This document shows positions 29,473 to 38,634 of a DNA stretch of 64,000 nucleotides, piece by piece. Source of the DNA: an uncultured Verrucomicrobiae bacterium (GTDB taxonomy: Bacteria > Verrucomicrobiota > Verrucomicrobiia > Chthoniobacterales > UBA10450). The position numbers were made by a program, and so were the translations under genes. The DNA is taken from positions 416,001 through 480,000 of the forward strand of contig CAVTMK010000004.1 of the NCBI GenBank assembly GCA_963735805.1, read 5' to 3'. Under the pieces are notes generated by a model. It worked only from the letters and a program-made list of their open reading frames with translations. It did no database searches and had not been told where the DNA came from. Position 1 is the first letter of the stretch; each line of letters opens with the position of its first letter.

Positions 29473-30443
29473 CTCGCGAGGTCGCGCGCCCAATAGGTGA
29501 CTATGATATCCGCCCCCGCTCGCTTAAGCGCAGTCATAATCTCGAGTACGGCATCGCGTTCGTTCAGAACTCCTTTCTCGACGGCGCCCTTGACCATTGC
29601 ATACTCGCCACTGACATGATAAACGGCGGTCGGTTTTCCAAACCGCTCACGCACTCGCCAGAGGATGTCCATGTATGCCAATGCAGGTTTTACCATCACG
29701 ATGTCCGCTCCTTCGTCGATATCCAGTCTTACTTCACGCAAGGCTTCTTCAGCATTCGCAAAATCCATTTGATAAGAGCGCCGATCACCAAATTGCGGTG
29801 GACTCTCAGCTGCTTCGCGGAATGGTCCATAGAAAGCCGACGCAAATTTAGCCGCGTAACTCATAATTGCAGTTTGATCGAAGCCTTTGGCATCGAGAGC
29901 TTCGCGAATCGCGCCAACGCGACCATCCATCATGTCGCTCGGCGCCACGATATCCGCGCCGGCGGTAGCGTGAGAGAGCGCCGTTTTCACCAATAAATCG
30001 ACAGTCTCGTCGTTGAGAATGTGGAAATGGTCTCCATCGATACGTGTCACACCACAGTGGCCATGGCTCATGTACTCGCACAGACAGACGTCGGTGATCG
30101 TGACAAGATCCGGACATTTTGATTTAATCGCTCGGAGCGCTGTCTGGACGATTCCGTCTTCGGCGTAGGCGCCGCTGGCCTGTTCGTCTTTTTGCTGGGG
30201 GATTCCAAAAAGTAGAACGGCCTGGAGCCCCAGATCCTGCGCGGCACACGCTTCATCGGCAACTTCGTTTATAGACAGCTGAAAAACTCCCGGCATGCTC
30301 GGAATCGGTCTGCGCTGCTGCACTTTTTCACTTACAAACAGCGGCAAAACAAAATTGTGAGGATTCAAATGTGTCTCGCGCACGAGGTTTCGGAGAGCAG
30401 GCGAACGTCGCAACCGACGCGGCCGATGCACGAGTTTTTTCAC
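29457..30443 (-). CDS. hemB: Porphobilinogen synthase (delta-aminolevulinic acid dehydratase), Zn-type
   Basis: RPRRLR, DVCLCEYMSHGHCG, APSDMMDGR, MSYAAKF, VMVKP, YHVSGEY. Confidence 0.97.
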   Translation of the reverse strand: MKKLVHRPRRLRRSPALRNLVRETHLNPHNFVLPLFVSEKVQQRRPIPSMPGVFQLSINEVADEACAAQDLGLQAVLLFGIPQQKDEQASGAYAEDGIVQTALRAIKSKCPDLVTITDVCLCEYMSHGHCGVTRIDGDHFHILNDETVDLLVKTALSHATAGADIVAPSDMMDGRVGAIREALDAKGFDQTAIMSYAAKFASAFYGPFREAAESPPQFGDRRSYQMDFANAEEALREVRLDIDEGADIVMVKPALAYMDILWRVRERFGKPTAVYHVSGEYAMVKGAVEKGVLNERDAVLEIMTALKRAGADIIVTYWARDLARWLRE

Positions 30444-30449
30444 AATGCG

Positions 30450-30478
30450 ACGCTACGCGTTGCGAAAGTGGGTCGCAA
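30450..30478 (-). promoter_or_regulatory. Putative sigma70 promoter for leaderless hemB
   Basis: TTGCGA-17nt-TAGCGT-6nt-GTG start; no SD sequence. Confidence 0.5.
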
Positions 30479-30567
30479 GCAAGCAGGGGCCAGTTTATGG
30501 GAGTGCCGCCTCAGATGATGGGACAGGTGCTTGACGACACGTGTCGTTAGGTGTCTGCATCTTGATC

Positions 30568-31314
30568 GTGGCGCGTCGCTCGGATTATTTGTTGGTCGAC
30601 ATAAGTAATTCATACGCAAAGTTTGCGTTTGCGTCGGCAGAGCAGGTCTCGACTCCTTTGCGTATGATCACGAGCAAACTTTCAAGCGGCGTGGTCTCCC
30701 GGCTTCTTGGAAAACGAAATGTGGAGAAGGTGGTTGTCTCTTCTGTCGTGCCTGGCAAGGACTGTGCAATTCTGAAAGGTGCGAGAAAAACGAAGATCGT
30801 CTGGCTGAACTGGAAGCTGAAAATGGGTGTCGAGATTGATTATCCTAAGCCCCAATCGATTGGCGCGGATCGACTGGCGAACGCCGCAGCAGTCACAGCA
30901 CTTTACGGCTGTCCTGCGATCGTAGTGGATTTCGGTACGGCCGTGACTTTCGATATTGTCTCGGAGCATCGGGCTTATATTGGGGGTGTGATCGCGCCAG
31001 GACTCGAAGCGATGACTAACTTTCTTTACCAGCGAACAGCACTCTTGCCGAAGCTTTCGTTGAAGGAACCGCGAAGCGCGATCGGCAAATCGACGGTCCA
31101 GGCAATGCTGTCGGGCGCCGTGTTTGGCTATCGCGGATTGGTTCGCGAAATCCTCTCCCAAATTAAAGCGGAGCGGTTTCCTCGTAAGAAAGTTCACGTC
31201 GTAGCGACCGGTGGATACGCCCCACTGATCGCGCGAGGATTGCCCGAGATCGGTGTGGTTCATCCGAACCTTACTTTGGAAGGATTGCGGATCGTGGCGA
31301 ACCTCAATGGCTGA
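30568..31314 (+). CDS. coaX: Type III pantothenate kinase
   Basis: LLVDISNS, SSVVP, IGADRLAN, VVDFGTAVTFD, GGVIAPG, VVATGG, LTLEGL. Alternative start 30541. Confidence 0.94.
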   Translation: MARRSDYLLVDISNSYAKFAFASAEQVSTPLRMITSKLSSGVVSRLLGKRNVEKVVVSSVVPGKDCAILKGARKTKIVWLNWKLKMGVEIDYPKPQSIGADRLANAAAVTALYGCPAIVVDFGTAVTFDIVSEHRAYIGGVIAPGLEAMTNFLYQRTALLPKLSLKEPRSAIGKSTVQAMLSGAVFGYRGLVREILSQIKAERFPRKKVHVVATGGYAPLIARGLPEIGVVHPNLTLEGLRIVANLNG

Positions 31315-31448
31315 TTTATAGCCGGCTAAGATGATCGTTGCTTACTGTTCTCGCGTATCGTGTTTTTCCGAACGCAGCTGAAAAATCGAAGCACTTGAAC
31401 AACTTTCCACTTGTCAGACGCGCCGAATAGGGTTTCAATCGCTACTTC

Positions 31449-34400
31449 ATGAGAGTGTGGGGGATGGCGGCGGTCGCCGCGCTGGTGCTTAGGTTATTCA
31501 CCGCAGATTCGTTTGGAGCGGAAAATGTCGCCCCTACGAAGGCGGAGTTGGAGGAGATGTACAATGCAGCGTTCCGCGCGTTCGATTCGAACAAATTTGC
31601 CGAAGCGCTCAAGCAACTGGATGCCATCGATGCCCGTCAACCTGATCTTGCCGCGTCGAAGAACTTGCGCGGCGTGATCCTGATGCGGCAGGGCAACTAC
31701 GATCAGGCGGAAGCAGCGCTACAGGAGGCTGCCCGAATTGATCCCAAGTTTTGGAACGCGCGCTTCAACATGGCGGAAATCCCGTTTCTCAAAAAAGATT
31801 GGCCCGAAGCGCGGAATCGCTTCGAACAACTTCTCTCCAGCGGCGAATCGGATCTGGCAAAGGAAGCATCGCAGCTGATTCAATACAAGATCGTCCTCAC
31901 GTATCTTATGGAGGGCAAAAATAACATGGTCGATTCCATACAGGCCAAGTTGGAGCTTTCCCCGGATACGCCGGCGGTTGACTACGTAAAGGCAGCCGTC
32001 GCGCTCCAACAAAAAAATCAAAAGGAAGCGAACGACTGGATCAGCGTAGCAGAAAAGAATTTTCCACCGCAGCTGAACAAACTTTTCGTCGAGTCACTTT
32101 ACGAAGTTGGATGGCTGCAAAAGCCAGTCGGCGAAGCGCGGCCTTCGTTGCCGCTCATGACGGCCGCTGAGCGCTCGGAAAAGACGAAGGCTATTGCTCG
32201 TTCAAAGTTCGAGCAGGCACAGCAGGCCATGCGCCAGCGCGATTTCGCGGCAGCTCTTAAACTGATCGATGAGGCGGATCAGGCAGATCCAAATCAGGCG
32301 GCGACGGTTAATTTACGCGGCGAGATTCTGGCGCAGCAGGAGCAGTTCGACCAGGCCGAAACGGCATTTAAGAAGGCAGCCAAGCTGGATCCGAAACTTC
32401 GCGAGGCACAGTACAATCTGGCGCAAATCCCCTTTAAAAAGAAAGAATACGCGAAAGCGCGGGACCGTTTCGAGGCATTGTACAAACGCACGCCAGGCGG
32501 CGATAAAAATCAGGCTGCAGAGCTCATCAAATTCAAGATTTACATGACGCTTTTGCTTGAGGGAAAAGAGAGCCGTGCACACGCGATGATGGACGAGTTT
32601 CAATTTACCGGAGATACGCCCGCACTCTATTACGCCCAAGCAGCGTGGGAGTTTCAACATAAGAACCCGGAGAAGGCCGCCGACTGGACTGCCTCGGCCA
32701 ATAAGATTTATTCGTCGGCGCTGAACAGCGTTTTTGCTGACGCTTTTTACGACGTCGGTTGGATGCAAAGGCCCGCGGCCGCAACCATGCCGACACCCGC
32801 GTTCGACACAGCCCAGGCTGAGGGAAGTCCGGCAGTCGAGCCGAGTCCCATTCCAGATAAGGCTTTTGCTGCAAACACCCAGAGCGACAGCTCGAAAGGT
32901 GAAGGGCTGGCTTTGGGCTCAACAATGACCGCGCCCAGTGGCAGTCTGGATATCGCCGCCAACGGATCAGCGACTGGGCCGACTTCCGCTGCCTCCTCCA
33001 CCAATGATTCCGCGACGGGAACAGGTGCTCAGCCCGAACAGCCCGCCTCGGCATCACCATCAGATGGCAGTAATTCGACGGCCGCGGCCGCCCCTGCTGA
33101 ATCACCGCAGGCATCGCCCGTTTCCAAGGAACAAAATGATCAGACGGCTGTTACGCAAACAAGTGCTTCTGTGAGTCCCGCCGCAGAAACGGTGGCTGCC
33201 AAAGGTGTGCCATCCAGCGGTGTGGCAAGAAGCAGAATGTGGATTGTCGGCGGACTACTGTTGGCCGCGCTGTTAATAATCGCCTGGGTCATCGCGCCAA
33301 CCTTTCGCCGTCGTTATGCCTTTAACGTGCCGAGTAGTTACCCGAGGGAAGCCTCTGCCGCCGTACCGGCCCTGTTTAAGCCGCGAACGACGACGGCATC
33401 ACCGAAAAAGAATGCTCTCCCTGGTAACGGTTTTATCGGAGGGCCACGTCAGGTTTCGCTGCACTTAAAGCCATCGAAACCATCATTGCGACATGCTGCC
33501 ATGCCCTTGAGCAACTCCAGTGCCGCTGTTGATTTGGCCGAAGATCTGAGACCGACGCCGCCGGGAGATTCGGCCTATGAAATGGGAGAGGCGCATCGGG
33601 AGGTTTCGCTGATTGGATCAGAACGTGAAGCGTTCGTCGGGCCAATTATCGAACAAACGGTAGAAAACGGTGAGAGCTTGCACGGGGATACTCTGCAGAC
33701 GACTGAGATGGCAGAGGTTCCGGCAATCAGTGAACTAACCGAATTTACTGCCACAGCGCCCGAGGTGCCTGCCGAGATTCCCGAAAGCGTCGAGCAAATC
33801 GACGAGATCACATGGCCCGCCTATGAGGCTAGTGACGCGTTCCACGGTGCGAAGGAAACCTCGTTGCCGTTTGAGGACGAACCTAGTGAAAGAGCGCAAG
33901 ATGCAGAAATGGCAGAGCCTGCCGAGACAGCATTGACGGAGTTTCCGGTTGACTCGGTCGGCGTCGAACAATCAGAGTCCGACCAGACAGTTTCGACTGT
34001 GATTCCTGCGCCAGTGCTCGCAAGGGGTGCCACGGTCTCCACTGATTCGCCAAGCGCGGTTTCCGCAGAACCCATATTTCCGCAAACAACAACACCCGCA
34101 ATCATGCCTGAAATAACCCAAACGCCAACCGCTCCCGTAAACAAAGCCCCGGCTCCGCCGATGGCTAAACCGCAACAACCAGCTGCCGCGATGCAAACAT
34201 CCGTGCAGATCACTTTCTCCTTCGAAATTGCAGCCATGCAGTTGACACCCAGTTTCAAAATGGGCGCCCTGAAGGTGCGGCCCATTTCGAAGCTGGTCAC
34301 GATGCGGCTGCCTTCGCCTCAACAACCTCAATCCGCTCTGAATTTGCAGGTGGGTTTCGAAGTGGCAAGGATTCAGCCTGCCGCCGGAGCACTTGGCACG

Positions 34401-34772
34401 ATCCGAATGGTGCCTTCTCAGCAACAGAGGCCCACGCCTGGTGGTTTGCCGTCATTTGCAGTTGCGGGATTGCAGGTGGTTCCCAATTCTGAGACCGCCC
34501 CAGTCCAGCTGACACCATCGCGCCAGGGGCGGGCATCGGTACTTGTCACGGTGCCGTTCCAGATTACTACGCTTGAGTTCGCGCCCTCGCTTGAAATTGC
34601 TTCTGTTATCCTGAACTCAAATTCAAAGCAGGTCGCTGTTCAGCTGCCGGGTGCCGGGCCGGCTCCGGCTGAGGGAGCGCCAATGTTTGAAATAGCAAAT
34701 CTGGAGCTTGGCGAAGGCGGCGAAATTGGCATGTTGCATCTGAACCCTGTTAGCGCGCCAAAGCGAGCCTGA
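31449..34772 (+). CDS. Large TPR protein: signal peptide, duplicated TPR module, S/T/A/P linker, one TM, acidic linker, repeated C-terminal domain
   Basis: TPR-like helices (NLRGVILM, ARFNMA, AQYNLA), TM MWIVGGLLLAALLIIAWVIA, low-complexity linkers. Confidence 0.75.
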   Translation: MRVWGMAAVAALVLRLFTADSFGAENVAPTKAELEEMYNAAFRAFDSNKFAEALKQLDAIDARQPDLAASKNLRGVILMRQGNYDQAEAALQEAARIDPKFWNARFNMAEIPFLKKDWPEARNRFEQLLSSGESDLAKEASQLIQYKIVLTYLMEGKNNMVDSIQAKLELSPDTPAVDYVKAAVALQQKNQKEANDWISVAEKNFPPQLNKLFVESLYEVGWLQKPVGEARPSLPLMTAAERSEKTKAIARSKFEQAQQAMRQRDFAAALKLIDEADQADPNQAATVNLRGEILAQQEQFDQAETAFKKAAKLDPKLREAQYNLAQIPFKKKEYAKARDRFEALYKRTPGGDKNQAAELIKFKIYMTLLLEGKESRAHAMMDEFQFTGDTPALYYAQAAWEFQHKNPEKAADWTASANKIYSSALNSVFADAFYDVGWMQRPAAATMPTPAFDTAQAEGSPAVEPSPIPDKAFAANTQSDSSKGEGLALGSTMTAPSGSLDIAANGSATGPTSAASSTNDSATGTGAQPEQPASASPSDGSNSTAAAAPAESPQASPVSKEQNDQTAVTQTSASVSPAAETVAAKGVPSSGVARSRMWIVGGLLLAALLIIAWVIAPTFRRRYAFNVPSSYPREASAAVPALFKPRTTTASPKKNALPGNGFIGGPRQVSLHLKPSKPSLRHAAMPLSNSSAAVDLAEDLRPTPPGDSAYEMGEAHREVSLIGSEREAFVGPIIEQTVENGESLHGDTLQTTEMAEVPAISELTEFTATAPEVPAEIPESVEQIDEITWPAYEASDAFHGAKETSLPFEDEPSERAQDAEMAEPAETALTEFPVDSVGVEQSESDQTVSTVIPAPVLARGATVSTDSPSAVSAEPIFPQTTTPAIMPEITQTPTAPVNKAPAPPMAKPQQPAAAMQTSVQITFSFEIAAMQLTPSFKMGALKVRPISKLVTMRLPSPQQPQSALNLQVGFEVARIQPAAGALGTIRMVPSQQQRPTPGGLPSFAVAGLQVVPNSETAPVQLTPSRQGRASVLVTVPFQITTLEFAPSLEIASVILNSNSKQVAVQLPGAGPAPAEGAPMFEIANLELGEGGEIGMLHLNPVSAPKRA

Positions 34773-34813
34773 CCGGAAAAACTTTCTTTGGCGGGAAACG
34801 GCTGTTCTGCAGT

Positions 34814-35914
34814 TCAGCGCCAGTTTAGCGAACGTAGTTGCTTCGGAAGAAACATGCCGTTCTTTCGAATCAGCGTGCCGTCAAAGTAGATTTCTCCGCC
34901 GCCATATTCGGGACGCTGAATGTTCACCATATCCCAGTGGACCTGACTTCGGTTTCCGTTGTCCGCTTCTTCGTAAGCTTGGCCAGGCGTTAGATGAAAC
35001 GAGCCGGCGATTTTTTCATCAAACAAAATGTCCCGCATGGGATGTAGGACGCGCGGATTAAATCCGAGCGAAAATTCACCGACATAACGGGCGCCTGGAT
35101 CTGAATCAAGAATCTTATTGAGCTTTTTCGTCTCGTTGCTTGTCGCGCCGACCACTTTTCCATTCTTGAATTCGAGACGGATGCCATCAAAGGCGATCCC
35201 CTGATAAATGCTCGGCGCACTAAACGTCACATGACCCTCGACTGAATCTCTCACCGGGCAGCTGAAGACTTCCCCATCGGGAATATTGCGGTCGCCGCCA
35301 CAGATCACAGCTGGAATCCCCTTCATGCTAAAACGAAGATTGGTGCCGGGACCTTTAATCTCGACTCGATCCGTTTTTTCCATGAGGCGATGGAGGGCCT
35401 TCATGCCTGGCAGAAGTTTCCGATAATCGAGTGTGCAGACTTCGAAAAAGAAATCTTCAAATGCCTCGGTGCTCATTCCGGCAAGCTGTGCCATGGAGGG
35501 TGTTGGCCAGCGCAGGACCACCCATCTGGTTTTTTTGACTCGCTGATCCTGCACCGCCCGCATTTTCCTGGCGATCAATTTCATCGTCTCCGGCGGCACA
35601 TCGGATAGTTCGGTAATGTTGTTGCTTCCGCGCACTGCAATGTACGCATCCATTTTTTTCATCCGCCCCAGCTCGTGGCTGGCGATCAGATTTAGCTGTT
35701 TGTCGGAGGCCTCTAGCGCAAGGGCGCGGTTGACCCGGGCGTGATAGGTCTGTGCAAATGGCACTCCACCAACCTTTCGCACCGCGCGTACCAGTGCGAT
35801 GGTCATTTCGTCGGGAATATCGAATGCCTCGATGAGGACCATTTCATTGCGCTTGAGGCGGATGGAATATTCCACCAGTAATTTTGCGAGCTTATCAAAC
35901 CGGACATCTTGCAT
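34814..35914 (-). CDS. Aminopeptidase, M29 (AmpS/AmpT) family
   Basis: [39 protein letters not shown]. Confidence 0.93.
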   Translation of the reverse strand: MQDVRFDKLAKLLVEYSIRLKRNEMVLIEAFDIPDEMTIALVRAVRKVGGVPFAQTYHARVNRALALEASDKQLNLIASHELGRMKKMDAYIAVRGSNNITELSDVPPETMKLIARKMRAVQDQRVKKTRWVVLRWPTPSMAQLAGMSTEAFEDFFFEVCTLDYRKLLPGMKALHRLMEKTDRVEIKGPGTNLRFSMKGIPAVICGGDRNIPDGEVFSCPVRDSVEGHVTFSAPSIYQGIAFDGIRLEFKNGKVVGATSNETKKLNKILDSDPGARYVGEFSLGFNPRVLHPMRDILFDEKIAGSFHLTPGQAYEEADNGNRSQVHWDMVNIQRPEYGGGEIYFDGTLIRKNGMFLPKQLRSLNWR

Positions 35915-35965
35915 AGGCGCTTATCATTCCACTACGTTCCCTGGATGCAAATAGAGCCGAGCGCA

Positions 35966-37219
35966 TCAAGGTCTTCGAACAAGCTTGGCTGCGAACGCGC
36001 CATCGAAACAATCTCGAAAGGGAAGAGAATGTCTTTCTTCAACCAGCCGCAGAGTTGGCAAACTATAGAGAATCTGCCGGATAACATCTTCGTTTTCTTC
36101 CGGCTCAAGACTACAAGTGCTGTAAACGATGACACCGCCGGGTTTCAATAACCGAACTACAGCATGCACAATCGCTATCTGCCGTTCCTGCATGCGCGCG
36201 AAGTCGGCCGGAGTTAATCTCCACCGCACGTCCACACGACGGCGCATAACACCGGTGTTGCTGCATGGCGCGTCGACTAAGACGCGGTCAAACAAACCGT
36301 CAGTCGAGCGAAACACTGACCGTGGCGATTTTAGCCAATCGCGTTGCGCGACCGACGCGACCTGTACGCCAAGTTGTTGAAAGTTGGCGCGCATCTCCCG
36401 GATGCGCCGAGGTTCTCGATCGCAGGCCGCAATGAATGCGCGGTTTTGGACTTGCTCTGCGATAAGTGCGGTTTTCCCGCCAGGCGCTGCGCATGCATCG
36501 AGGATCCTTTGTCCGGGTAATGGATCCAATAACTGACAGGCAATCGTTGTGCTGGGGTCTTGAATGTAGCAATGTCCCTGGCTCAACGCGGCGCAAGGCA
36601 ACGAACTGACTTTCACGAAGTTCGGGTGCTCAGGCAAAGGACGGGATTCCGGATAAAGCCGGAGGAATTCTGTTCGATCGACTCTCAACAAATTGATGCG
36701 CGCATAAACTGGTGCGCGAAGGTTGTTCCATTCGCAAAGCCGTTCCGCTTGTTGCGTCTCGAAATGCGCCTGCCAGCGTTTGACAAGAAATTGCGGATGC
36801 GAGGCTCGAATAAACAGGGGCTCTTGGTCGGCGCGCGAAAGCAACTCATTCTGTTGCCGTATGGCTGCTCGAAGCATGCCATTGACGATCGTTCGCTGCC
36901 GCCGAGGCACTAGATCTACAGTCTCATTGACCGCCGCGTGTTGAACTGTCTTGAGCAGGAAAAGTTGATACAACCCAAGCCGCACAACATCGCGAAGATC
37001 AATATCTAACTGCCTCCTTCGCAGACAGCCGATCCAGAAGTCCAGCAAAGTTAAATTGCGCAGGACACCGTAAAAAAGTTCAAAGGCAAATGCGCGATCC
37101 GATTCGCACAGATCTGCCTTTGCGAGAAATTCCGAGATAATCGAATCGGCAAAGCGCTTTTCTTTTCGCCACGTGCGCAGCGCCTTCAGTGCAATTCGGC
37201 GAGCAGAAAGCTGCGCCAT
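35966..37219 (-). CDS. rsmB: 16S rRNA m5C967 methyltransferase
   Basis: NusB-like N-terminus (AAVNETV, VNGMLR), ILDACAAPGGKT, DAPCS, YSTCS. Confidence 0.92.
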   Translation of the reverse strand: MAQLSARRIALKALRTWRKEKRFADSIISEFLAKADLCESDRAFAFELFYGVLRNLTLLDFWIGCLRRRQLDIDLRDVVRLGLYQLFLLKTVQHAAVNETVDLVPRRQRTIVNGMLRAAIRQQNELLSRADQEPLFIRASHPQFLVKRWQAHFETQQAERLCEWNNLRAPVYARINLLRVDRTEFLRLYPESRPLPEHPNFVKVSSLPCAALSQGHCYIQDPSTTIACQLLDPLPGQRILDACAAPGGKTALIAEQVQNRAFIAACDREPRRIREMRANFQQLGVQVASVAQRDWLKSPRSVFRSTDGLFDRVLVDAPCSNTGVMRRRVDVRWRLTPADFARMQERQIAIVHAVVRLLKPGGVIVYSTCSLEPEENEDVIRQILYSLPTLRLVEERHSLPFRDCFDGAFAAKLVRRP

Positions 37220-37234
37220 ATTGTGAACAAATAA

Positions 37235-38548
37235 CTATTGCGGCTTCACGCTGGCGCGCCCGATCGAATAATAATGAAAACCGAGTCGGCCCATCGTTTC
37301 GGGGTCTAATAGATTGCGTCCGTCGAAGACGATCGGCGTTGTCATTTTTTCCTTCAGCACAGCGAGATCGACGTTGGCGAATTCGTTCCATTCGGTGGCA
37401 ATGACGAGCGCTTCGGCATCGTTCACCGCTTCAAGGGCCGATGATGCAAATTCGGTGTCGGCAATCGCTTTGATGGCGCGGGCTTTCTGCATCCCCTTTG
37501 GGTCATAAGCAACGACGTGGGCTCCTTCGCGAAGCAGCTCTGATACGAGCTCTATTGCCACAGACGACCGGACATCGTCTGTATCCGGCTTGAATGTGAG
37601 ACCCCAGACTGCAATTCGCTTTTCTCGCAACACCCACAGTGTCTCCCGAATTGTCTTTAGAAAGCGCTCTTTCTGAACGTTGTTAATGCGCTGTACTTCC
37701 TTGAGTAAATTAAATGGAACGCCAATCCGCTCGCTGATCCTGATAAAGGCAGCAATATCTTTCGGAAAACAGGAACCGCCATAGCCTATTCCAGCATTAA
37801 GAAAATCACGGCCGATTCGGTGATCCATCCCGACTCCGTCGGCGACTTTTTCAACATCGGCACCAGTCGTCTCGCAAATCGCCGAGACCGCGTTGATATA
37901 CGAAATTTTCAACGCCAGGAACGAATTGGCGCAATGCTTGATGAGCTCGGCGCTGTTAATGTCAGTCACCAGGATCGGCGCCATAAACGGCTCATAAATT
38001 TTCTTCATGATGTCGATTGCACGTTCACTTTGGGCTCCAATCACGATTCGATCAGGCTTCATCAGATCGTTCACCGCACAGCCTTCGCGCAGGAATTCAG
38101 GGTTGCTGACGACATCGAAATCTGCGCCATGGCGGTTATATCTTTTGATTGATTCGGCCACTTTTTCGCCGGTTTTCACCGGCACCGTGCTCTTGTCAAC
38201 AATCACGCGGTAATCGGTTAGGACTCCCGCGATTTCACGAGCGACCTTCTCAATAAAGCTAAGATCGACATCGCCATCCGGCTGCTGTGGAGTAGGAACG
38301 GCTATAAAAACGATCTGCGAATTCTCCACACCCTCCTGTATGCTGCCGGTGAAACGCAACCGCTGCGCCGACACATTGCGATGAATTATTTCTTCAAGCC
38401 CCGGTTCATAGATTGGTATCTGACCAGCTTGCAGCAGCTTGATTTTCTGCACGTCATTGTCGACGCAGATGACATTATGTCCAACATCGGCGAAACAGGC
38501 ACCGGTCACAAGGCCAACATAACCGGATCCGATGATTGAAAGGTCCAT
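37235..38548 (-). CDS. ugd: UDP-glucose 6-dehydrogenase
   Basis: IGSGYVG, IAVPTP, KSTVPV, SNPEFLREG, GYGGSCFPKD, FKPDTDD. Confidence 0.95.
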   Translation of the reverse strand: MDLSIIGSGYVGLVTGACFADVGHNVICVDNDVQKIKLLQAGQIPIYEPGLEEIIHRNVSAQRLRFTGSIQEGVENSQIVFIAVPTPQQPDGDVDLSFIEKVAREIAGVLTDYRVIVDKSTVPVKTGEKVAESIKRYNRHGADFDVVSNPEFLREGCAVNDLMKPDRIVIGAQSERAIDIMKKIYEPFMAPILVTDINSAELIKHCANSFLALKISYINAVSAICETTGADVEKVADGVGMDHRIGRDFLNAGIGYGGSCFPKDIAAFIRISERIGVPFNLLKEVQRINNVQKERFLKTIRETLWVLREKRIAVWGLTFKPDTDDVRSSVAIELVSELLREGAHVVAYDPKGMQKARAIKAIADTEFASSALEAVNDAEALVIATEWNEFANVDLAVLKEKMTTPIVFDGRNLLDPETMGRLGFHYYSIGRASVKPQ

Positions 38549-38634
38549 GATGGAAGGAATGGTGCGGGCGAATTAGCCGCAGCACAAGTGCCCGAACAAA
38601 TCCAGCCTGTCGAGTGTCGTTCGTGCCCTTTCGC

